Below, piece after piece: positions 1 through 6,716 of a stretch of DNA of 12,884 nucleotides. The translations under genes were made by a program, and so were the position numbers. The number at the start of each line of letters is the position of its first letter. Position 1 is the stretch's first letter. A model generated the notes under the pieces. That model saw only the letters and a list, made by a program, of their open reading frames with translations, was not told the origin of the DNA and did no database searches. This DNA comes from Promethearchaeota archaeon (GTDB taxonomy: Archaea; Asgardarchaeota; Lokiarchaeia; Sigyniarchaeales; SOKP01), in contig JBHLME010000127.1 of assembly GCA_048938445.1 (NCBI GenBank), forward strand, positions 1 through 12,884, written 5' to 3'.

Positions 1-336
1 TTAGTTGATGATGGAGCAGATAATGTTTGGGGGAATCCATATGAAGGAGGAACATTTTCTCATTTAGAAGAGTTATTTATGTATGATATTACAGACGAAA
101 CATCTCGTAAAGCTGCGATTCAGTACCTTAATTCAGTAATAGAAGAAAGTAAAAAATTTCCTCTTGGAATTGGTTTGGGTATAGGGGATATGGAAGGATC
201 TGTACATCAATGCGATCTTTTTGGACCGATTACAAGTAATTACCACACATGGATGAAAGCAATCAAATATGAATTTGATCCAAATAATGCTTCAGACCCA
301 GGAAATTACACTGATGGGAAAAAATTTGAAGGATAA
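1..336 (+). CDS. C-terminal part of an FAD-binding/FAD-linked oxidoreductase (5'-truncated by the window edge)
   Basis: Frame 1 is open from base 1 (LVDDGADNVWGNPYEGG...), so the ATG at 79 is internal. The end WMKAIKYEFDPNNASDPG resembles the 'K..FDP.N..NPG' C-terminal motif of FAD-linked oxidases (VAO/GlcD type). Confidence 0.7.
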   Translation, partial: LVDDGADNVWGNPYEGGTFSHLEELFMYDITDETSRKAAIQYLNSVIEESKKFPLGIGLGIGDMEGSVHQCDLFGPITSNYHTWMKAIKYEFDPNNASDPGNYTDGKKFEG

Positions 337-611
337 TTTTTTTAAAAATGCATAGTACTTTAACTCATTTTTGTTATTTTTCCCTTTGATTCCAATCCAA
401 AATAATTTGGGGATTTCAGAAATTTTATATTTAACGGGTTTTTCTCATATTTTAAGAAAATTTTAAAGAAAAAAAAAAAATAAAATTTCACTTACTCGGA
501 AAGTTATTCTAATATTTCGACTCTTAATCATTTATTTTATAACTACTTTATTTTTAATTTTCATTAGTCAATACAAAATATCACTATATAAAGATAACGC
601 TTTTTGTATAC

Positions 612-626
612 TACTATAATAAAGTA
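612..626. promoter_or_regulatory. TACT-N7-AGTA inverted repeat, candidate HxlR/DUF24-family operator
   Basis: TACT-ATAATAA-AGTA has the geometry of the Bacillus YodB box. It lies 80 bp from the HxlR gene and near a minus-strand TTTATATA (592-585). It is short, so it could be chance in AT-rich DNA. Confidence 0.35.
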
Positions 627-705
627 ATAAGGGTTTCACGATTTATATGATAAAAAGGCTCATTTATCAATTCTATGTAAGAAAATTAAAACATTTTATT
701 AAACA

Positions 706-1071
706 TTAGACGTTAGATTTAGAAGCCCACTCTAATAAAGGAATCATAGAAGTTCTAAGCTCTAATCCTTTATCAGTTAAGGAGTATTCTACCCTTGGTG
801 GAATTTCTGAAAAAAATTCACGGTTAATTAATCCTGCATTTTCTAATTCCTTAAGTCTATCTGATAAGGATTTTGGACTAATTGTTTCTAAATTTTTCAT
901 TAATTCATTGAATCTAAGTTTTTCATTATTACCTATAATGCTAATTATTAATAATGTCCATTTTTTACTTATTAGATTTAGAATTCCTTGAATTGAACAC
1001 AAACAAATCTCATTATCTTTCAGATCTTTATCAATACACTGGTTAACTTTCTCAATACTTTCCTTTTGAAT
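706..1071 (-). CDS. HxlR/DUF24 (MarR-type wHTH) transcriptional regulator; probable ATT start at 1071 (track start is TTG at 1002)
   Basis: Motifs KWTLLII, LRFNEL, ISPKSLSDRLKELE..GLI.R, PPRVEYSLT.KG are typical of HxlR. The frame stays open upstream to a TGA at 1078-1080, and GGTGA lies 6 nt before an in-frame ATT. Confidence 0.92.
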   Translation of the reverse strand: MQKESIEKVNQCIDKDLKDNEICLCSIQGILNLISKKWTLLIISIIGNNEKLRFNELMKNLETISPKSLSDRLKELENAGLINREFFSEIPPRVEYSLTDKGLELRTSMIPLLEWASKSNV

Positions 1072-1178
1072 AGTATCTCACCAAATAATTACTTTATATA
1101 TATATTTAGACTTGTAAATTTAAATACTTTTCATTCTGTAATAAATATATAAAATATAGTAATGGTGAATTATAAAAA

Positions 1179-1328
1179 ATGTGTGATGAAAAAACGAATA
1201 ACAGAATTTTAAATTATACTACCGATCTAAATTGTGGATGTGGTTGTATTGGATTTCCAAATTCAAAAGAGAGGAACCAACAACTAGAAAAAAATAATAG
1301 TTATCCTGCAACTGATTCTCCTAAGTAG
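1179..1328 (+). CDS. Unannotated 49-aa small protein with a CGCGC motif
   Basis: Translates MCDEKTNNRILNYTTDLNCGCGCIGFPNSKERNQQLEKNNSYPATDSPK*. Archaeal RBS GGTGA at 1164-1168, TTTAAATA at 1119-1126, and a T-tract after the stop. Divergent from HxlR. Confidence 0.65.
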   Translation: MCDEKTNNRILNYTTDLNCGCGCIGFPNSKERNQQLEKNNSYPATDSPK

Positions 1329-1369
1329 GAATTAATTTTTGAGTTTTTCAAAGTGTTAATTAAATTCCT

Positions 1370-1942
1370 CTATTTTTTTTTTATAAAGTAAAAAAAAACA
1401 AGAATAGTCGACCAATGGACAAAAATGCATGCTAAAATTCCAAAATAATATATTATCATTCCTAAAATTAATCCAAGTAATCCAGAAATAAACATGAAAG
1501 AATAAGTTATCCTCATATCCTTGAATTCAAACCATATATGTAAATGATATATACCAAAAATTAAAGCACTGAGTATTATAGCAACAACTAATCCAAAGAT
1601 GCGAAAAATAAATACAAATATATATAATCTGAATAAAATTTCTTCAAAAATCATAACTAATGGAAAATTGAGCAATATATCAATATAATTTTTCTCATTT
1701 AATGCTTTTACGACAAAGTGTTCTTTCATTTTAAAAATCGAATCTTTTAATACCTTCTGAATAAAAAATATCGTAAAGAATTCAAATAATAATATGATTG
1801 TTGGGAAAATTATGAATGATAACAATGAAATTGGAATGCTTGGTCCCCACCACTTTAAATCTATGAAAAAAAATGAACCAAGCAGAAGAAAGATGATTAA
1901 AATAGGATTAATAATAGTTTTAATCTTTGATAAAAATCGCAT
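1370..1942 (-). CDS. CPBP family intramembrane glutamic endopeptidase (type II CAAX protease/Rce1/Abi-like)
   Basis: Several TM segments. Motifs EEILFR (EExxxR), FGIYH (FxxxH) and a final His (HWSTI). Confidence 0.85.
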   Translation of the reverse strand: MRFLSKIKTIINPILIIFLLLGSFFFIDLKWWGPSIPISLLSFIIFPTIILLFEFFTIFFIQKVLKDSIFKMKEHFVVKALNEKNYIDILLNFPLVMIFEEILFRLYIFVFIFRIFGLVVAIILSALIFGIYHLHIWFEFKDMRITYSFMFISGLLGLILGMIIYYFGILACIFVHWSTILVFFYFIKKK

Positions 1943-2003
1943 AGTATAATATTAAAATTTAGAATTATGATTTTAAAAATTTCCTTGCTAAGAATATTAT
2001 TAA

Positions 2004-2039
2004 ATATGGGTGGAATTTCCCACTTCACATATCTTTTTT
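2004..2039. promoter_or_regulatory. Imperfect inverted repeat plus T-run between divergent promoters
   Basis: ATATG-g-GTGGAA-t-TTcCCAC-ttca-CATAT followed by T6, just upstream of TTTATATA at 2049-2056. Confidence 0.35.
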
Positions 2040-2078
2040 GTCATAATCTTTATATAATAAAGTGGTTTACTCTTAATT

Positions 2079-2174
2079 ATGAAGAGAGAATTTAAATGGG
2101 TAAGTAAGTCTACTCATAGAAAGACTGGTGCAAAGAAGGCACCGACATTCTGTTATTGTAATATAAATCAATAA
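2079..2174 (+). CDS. Candidate leaderless 31-aa basic peptide (alternatively a structured ncRNA)
   Basis: Translates MKREFKWVSKSTHRKTGAKKAPTFCYCNINQ with a double stop TAATGA. TTTATATA ends 23 nt before the ATG, similar to the 24-nt spacing at the HXXEE gene. A pyrimidine tract follows. Confidence 0.45.
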   Translation: MKREFKWVSKSTHRKTGAKKAPTFCYCNINQ

Positions 2175-2386
2175 TGACAAAAACCTTCTCTCTTGAATTC
2201 AATCTTTTCTCTTATATCTCTTATTGCTTTCGAAATCCTATGACTTCTTGGATTAGTTAAAAATTTAAATACAAAATTCAGGGAGGGGGTATTAATTTAC
2301 TTGATTAAATTACTGAACAAGTATAATAGATAAAATTCTCTGTTCAGCAATAAAATAGAAGGAAAATAACTAAAAAAGTGAGGTGA

Positions 2387-2491
2387 ATGAAAGAAAAAGA
2401 CCAGATAATAGAAGAATTATTAGAAACCCTTGAAATCGAACAAAAAAGTGTTATCTCATATTCTTTAATTGAAGAGGAAAAAGGTGAATAA
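2387..2491 (+). CDS. Candidate 34-aa acidic helical peptide or gene remnant
   Basis: Translates MKEKDQIIEELLETLEIEQKSVISYSLIEEEKGE*. GAGGTGA abuts the ATG with no spacer. Composition is purine-rich and coding-like. Confidence 0.4.
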   Translation: MKEKDQIIEELLETLEIEQKSVISYSLIEEEKGE

Positions 2492-2527
2492 TAGAATATA
2501 GGGAAAAATGTCAATCAAAAAGGAAAT

Positions 2528-2580
2528 AATGAACCACAAAACTAAATGATTTCAAATGGTTTTCATTTTTTTTTTTTTTT
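2528..2580 (+). terminator. Bulged hairpin followed by T15
   Basis: AATGAACCA...TGGTTTTCATT pairing, running into 15 consecutive T at 2566-2580. Confidence 0.5.
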
Positions 2581-2658
2581 CTATAAAACCAAAGACTTTT
2601 TTATTATAATTTATAATTTTATTCAATTTTTATAAATTGAAGATTTAAATCAATTTTC

Positions 2659-4035
2659 TTGAGTGAGGAAATTATTAAAAACCATTTGAAAAAACGAGTA
2701 TTCACCACGTTTGGAATTATTGTTTTAATGTTGTTTGGTTTTATATTTATTAATAATTATGATAGCAAAAAAACAGAAATTTTTTTGAATGAGAAAACTA
2801 GTTCTTTTTTAGTCGGCTTTCCTGAAAATTATTATACGTGGGGGGGAAGTGGAGATGATTGTGGAAATGGAGTAGCTATAGGAGAATGGAGTCATTTTTT
2901 TGTTGCTGGATATACAGAGAGTATTCCATCGATGAATAAGGATCTATGCTTGGTAGAATTTAATAGCGAATTTGCAGAAAATTATTATACGTGGGGTGGA
3001 AGTGGAGATGATTCTGGAAATGCTATAGCATTGTATGGATCAGGTGATGTATATGTAGCAGGATATACAGAAAGTTTTGGAGCGTTTAATAAAGATCTCT
3101 GCTTGGTAAATTTTGGTTATGCCGGTGTAGATTGGAATTACACTTGGGGTGGAAGCGGAGATGATTGTGGAAATGGAGTAGCTTTGGATGAGTCAGGTAA
3201 TGCTTACGTTGCTGGATACACTAATAGTTTTGGAAAAATTAGTAAAGATCTCTGCTTGGTAAAATTCAATTCTACTGGCGTGGAATGGAATTACACATGG
3301 GGTGGAAGTGGAGATGATTGTGGAAATGCAGTGGCTTTGGATGAGTCAGGCAATGCTTACGTTGTTGGATACACTAATAGTTATGGAAAGATTAATAAAG
3401 ATCTCTGCTTGGTAAAATTTAATTCTACAGGCGTGGAATGGAATTACACTTGGGGTGGAGGTGGTAATGATTGTGGAAATGGAGTAGCTTTGGACGTGTC
3501 GGGCAATCCTTATATAACCGGATATACCGAGAGTTTTGGAGCCGTCAATAAAGATCTCTGCTTGGTAAAATTTAATTCTTTAGGTGTGGAATGGAATTAC
3601 ACGTGGGGTGGAGATGGAGATGATTGTGGAAATGGAGTGGTTTTAGATACTTTAGGATATGCTTATATTACTGGAGTTTCAAATAGTTGGACACTTTATT
3701 CAGATCATATATTATTCATGAGATATCATCCAACAGAGCAAATATGGACGCAATTTATTGGAGAAGGTTGTGGGAATGGATTAGTCTTGAACCCGTCAAA
3801 TGATCCATATATTATTGGATATACCGAAAATTATGGTGCAATAGGGTGTGATATGATTTTGATAAGATTTAATATATACACCTACGAAGAACTTTTCCCT
3901 AAACAAGAACCTTATATCTTCTTCCTTATATTATTAGGTACCATATTTGGTCTTACGGAAATTTTAACCATAATACTCTTTGGAATTATTCTTATTAGAA
4001 GTAAAAAAACTGGTAGAAAACCTACTAGGGCATAA
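2659..4035 (+). CDS. Membrane-anchored beta-propeller (SBBP-like repeat) surface protein
   Basis: N-terminal TM/signal segment. Six 51-aa repeats (WNYTWGGSGDDCGNGVALD.SGN.YV.GYT.SFG...KDLCLVKFNS.G) plus one degenerate blade. C-terminal TM helix and basic tail. TTG start. Confidence 0.85.
   Translation: MSEEIIKNHLKKRVFTTFGIIVLMLFGFIFINNYDSKKTEIFLNEKTSSFLVGFPENYYTWGGSGDDCGNGVAIGEWSHFFVAGYTESIPSMNKDLCLVEFNSEFAENYYTWGGSGDDSGNAIALYGSGDVYVAGYTESFGAFNKDLCLVNFGYAGVDWNYTWGGSGDDCGNGVALDESGNAYVAGYTNSFGKISKDLCLVKFNSTGVEWNYTWGGSGDDCGNAVALDESGNAYVVGYTNSYGKINKDLCLVKFNSTGVEWNYTWGGGGNDCGNGVALDVSGNPYITGYTESFGAVNKDLCLVKFNSLGVEWNYTWGGDGDDCGNGVVLDTLGYAYITGVSNSWTLYSDHILFMRYHPTEQIWTQFIGEGCGNGLVLNPSNDPYIIGYTENYGAIGCDMILIRFNIYTYEELFPKQEPYIFFLILLGTIFGLTEILTIILFGIILIRSKKTGRKPTRA
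2827..3870 (+). repeat. Intragenic tandem repeat, 153-bp unit, 6 full copies plus 1 degenerate
   Basis: Units start at 2827, 2980, 3133, 3286, 3439, 3592 and 3745. Units 3 and 4 differ at 11 of 153 nt by my count. Confidence 0.92.
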
Positions 4036-4188
4036 ATTCACTATAAAATATATTATTGTTTTAAAGGATGAAGATATAAGCATCGAAGTAATCTAGAGAA
4101 TATAAAAAAATGAATTTATTCAAATTATAATATAAAAAATTTTTTAATACTGGAAATCAATACTTTAAGAAAAAATAAATATGACTAA

Positions 4189-4989
4189 TTAAAAGAAGTC
4201 AAGGAGTTTTTTCTGCTTGCTAAAAGCTTTATATGGAATATTTAACATTTTTTTGAGCTCGTTGGCAGTTTCTGGAGAAAATCCAGTAAAATGATTGTTA
4301 ACTATTATAAAAATTTCAAAAACATTTGGTGATTTATTTAAGACTTCTAATTTTTCAAATAATCGATATAATATATCCTTTTGATCTCTTTGTATACGGT
4401 TAAAAACATTCAATTGTCGGTTTCCAATTAATCGTATATAATATATTTCTTGATTAGGAAAATAAAATTCCTTTATTCCTTCAAAATAAATTGTTCCAAG
4501 TATGACCTTTTTGCCATTTATTAGTTCTTCAAGAATTTTAACATCATACCAACTATTATCGCGCAATTCTATAACGTATTTATACTGGATTGGTAATTGG
4601 TTTATTATATAAGATAACTGCCTTAGATGTTTTTCGGAATATTTAAACCAAGGTGGAAATTGTAATAAAAAGGAACTTATTTTATCTTTTAAAGGAGAGA
4701 GCCTGTAGAAAAATTGTGAGATTTTTGAACTTAAATTTGAATTAAATAAATCATGGGTAATATCTTGCCATACTTTTATGGTAAATTTGAATGATTTTGG
4801 AACTTTTTGACCCCAATTTATTACGGTCTCTTCAGCAGGTAAATTATAAAATGTTGAATTGACTTCTAAGAGGTCAAAATAATTTGAATAATATTCTAAA
4901 TATGAGGATTTTTCAAGATTTTTTGGATAAAATATCCCCCTCCAATCTTTATAATCCCAACCTGCACATCCTACATGTATCTTAACCAT
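4189..4989 (-). CDS. DUF72 (YecE-like TIM-barrel) protein with a C-terminal PIP box
   Basis: Motifs GCAGWDYKDW.G.FYP, EVNSTFY.LP, LLQFPP.F, IELR..SW, YIRLIG, NNH. The start is more likely ATG 4989 (MVKIHVG), which the paralogous copy retains. The protein ends QKKLLDFF. Confidence 0.93.
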   Translation of the reverse strand: MVKIHVGCAGWDYKDWRGIFYPKNLEKSSYLEYYSNYFDLLEVNSTFYNLPAEETVINWGQKVPKSFKFTIKVWQDITHDLFNSNLSSKISQFFYRLSPLKDKISSFLLQFPPWFKYSEKHLRQLSYIINQLPIQYKYVIELRDNSWYDVKILEELINGKKVILGTIYFEGIKEFYFPNQEIYYIRLIGNRQLNVFNRIQRDQKDILYRLFEKLEVLNKSPNVFEIFIIVNNHFTGFSPETANELKKMLNIPYKAFSKQKKLLDFF

Positions 4990-5155
4990 ATTGAACCATA
5001 AATGTATCTTTGATATCAAATAGATTTAATCTGATATTATTTTACTATCATTATACTTGAAAAAAAATTTAACGCGATTAATTTAAAGTAGAATTATTTA
5101 TTAAACAATTATTTCATTTTCTATAAAAAGAAGTGATAAAGGCTTTTATTAAATT
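4753..5155. repeat. Diverged direct repeat, copy 1 (~400 bp: DUF72 5' part plus upstream region); copy 2 at ~6282-6683
   Basis: Colinear matches at an offset of ~1529, e.g. TATCTTGCCATACTTTTATG, TCCCAACCTGCACATCCTA, TTTTCTATAAAAA..GATAAAGGC. Confidence 0.9.
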
Positions 5156-5157
5156 CT

Positions 5158-5844
5158 TTAATCAATGTATTTCTTATAATATCCATATCCTTGTTTCCAG
5201 GTGAAAGGGTAAGGCGTATTTTTGTTTTTTAACACTCTTTCTGTGAGAAAGATTAATAGAAAAGCCATCGTAACCATAAGAACCGCACCCAACAACCAAT
5301 GAATCAAATCTGGTTGTAATATTCCTGATGCAAAAATGTAAATGAAACCAATTGAGACAGGTAAAAATACTATATAGCTTGTCAGAAACCCTGGATTGTA
5401 GATATTTTTTATTCCTTTGGTATTGAAGACTTTATTTGTCCGAAATCCAATGAAAAGAGTATGAGCTAGAACTTCGAAGAAACAAAAAATGAACGAAGAA
5501 ACTGCCATTATGGGGATAAAATCGGGGATAAATTGAATAAGGGTGATACCCCCAAAAGCAACTACTAAAGCCCCAAAATTAGTTACCATATCAGATACCT
5601 GGTTCATAGGATAACGATCTGGGATTTCTGACTTTTGTAAGAGATTATAGATATAATGGAAGCCCCCAGGAAAACGCCATTCCTCCAACACGTGGAGCAC
5701 TAGACCTATCCAAGTAATATACACCAAACGGGTTGCCCAACCAAACTGAAACCAAAAAATAACTACTAATATGGTTAATATTATACCACCGGCAGCCATT
5801 ATGTATAGCCAAATTTTCATCCAAAAATCTAATACTTTATTCAT
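5158..5844 (-). CDS. HXXEE domain-containing membrane protein
   Basis: LHVLEEWRFPGGF and YNPG motifs with several TM helices. A minus-strand TTTAAATA (5875-5868) 24 nt from the ATG implies leaderless mRNA. Confidence 0.88.
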   Translation of the reverse strand: MNKVLDFWMKIWLYIMAAGGIILTILVVIFWFQFGWATRLVYITWIGLVLHVLEEWRFPGGFHYIYNLLQKSEIPDRYPMNQVSDMVTNFGALVVAFGGITLIQFIPDFIPIMAVSSFIFCFFEVLAHTLFIGFRTNKVFNTKGIKNIYNPGFLTSYIVFLPVSIGFIYIFASGILQPDLIHWLLGAVLMVTMAFLLIFLTERVLKNKNTPYPFTWKQGYGYYKKYID

Positions 5845-5896
5845 AAAAATCAGTAATGTTAGGTGAGTATTTAAACTTATTGGATTTAAACGTGAA

Positions 5897-6279
5897 CTAA
5901 ATCAATAAAAGAATGAATTTTATTTCTAACTGGTAATATTTAATCACTTCAAGTGGACTTTCAATATCTCTAAGTTCCATTAAATCGTGAAAATCACTTC
6001 CAACGGCAACGGGAATCTTATATTCTCATAGTTTATCGAAAAATATTTAGTATTAACGGAGCAGAGCTCCGGATAGTGAGAATTAAATTCAAAACAAACT
6101 CGAAATGTTTTAAGGAATTGCATCAATGCTTCTAAGGCACTGTGAATGAAGAATGAAGGAACAAAATGAGTTTAACTTATTATGGGTATTTCATTTTCTT
6201 TAGAAGAGTTATTTCAATAAATTTATAATTATAGTTTTTCCGAAAGCAATTCATTCGGGTGTTTCAAGATATTCAAAAA
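5897..6279 (-). pseudogene. Decayed C-terminal half of a PHP-domain (metal-dependent phosphoesterase) gene
   Basis: Minus-strand pieces FEYLETPE*IAF / PIIS*THFVPSFF...QFLKTFRVCFEFNSHYP / DKL*EYKIPVAVGSDFHDLMELRDIESPLEVIKYYQLE. ExN and GSDxH (5987-6001) are PHP motifs. Several stops and frameshifts. Confidence 0.65.
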
Positions 6280-6518
6280 TAATGGGTTATATCTTGCCAT
6301 ACTTTTATGATAAACTTAAATGATTTTGGAACTTTTTGATCCCTATTGATTACTGTCTCTTCAGTGGGTAAATTATAAAATGTTGAATTAACTTCTAAGA
6401 GGGCAAAATAGTTTGAAAATTACTCTAAATATGAGGATTTTTCAAGGTTTTTAGGATATAATACTCCCTTCCAATCCTTATAGTCCCAACCTGCACATCC
6501 TATATGTATTTTAGCCAT
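6273..6518 (-). pseudogene. Truncated DUF72 paralog
   Basis: Translates MAKIHIGCAGWDYKDWKGVLYPKNLEKSSYLE*FSNYFALLEVNSTFYNLPTEETVINRDQKVPKSFKFIIKVWQDITHYF*. TAT>TAA at codon 33 (6422-6420). Homology stops after DITH. Confidence 0.9.
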
Positions 6519-6716
6519 TTTGAACCAAAAAGATATCCTGATAGATAATAAAGTTAATTTAATAAAAATTAATTGTTATTATGTTTGATAAAAATTTATT
6601 GCGATTTATTTTAAGGGGAATTATTAATTATACCATTATTTTATTTTCTATAAAAATAACAGATAAAGGCATTTAATTAATTATATTATTAATGAATTTG
6701 AAGGAGAAAATATAAA

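Noticed and set aside
2091-2126. -1 frameshift signal (TTTAAAT plus pseudoknot)
   Set aside because: The heptamer is out of phase with the ORF (TTT AAA TGG) and has no spacer before the stem.
2079-2250. C/D-box sRNA, or fluoride or preQ1 riboswitch
   Set aside because: Only partial words are present (ATGAAGA, TAATGAC, ATGACTTCT). The partner boxes and stems are not at the required spacing.
2827-3870. Repeats as a CRISPR array or DGR template/variable pair
   Set aside because: The units are in-frame coding repeats without unique spacers. Differences are not adenine-specific, and no reverse transcriptase or cas gene is in the window.
4990-5019. 10-aa N-terminal extension of DUF72 in the ORF track
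   Set aside because: The family motif begins right after ATG 4989, and the second copy retains that ATG but not the upstream TTG.
5897-6279. In-frame TGA codons as selenocysteine
   Set aside because: They occur with TAA stops and frameshifts, outside any Cys-like motif, and I found no convincing SECIS.
6273-6518. DUF72 copy as a DGR template or stop-codon readthrough gene
   Set aside because: Substitutions affect all bases, the stop is TAA, and the gene is also truncated.
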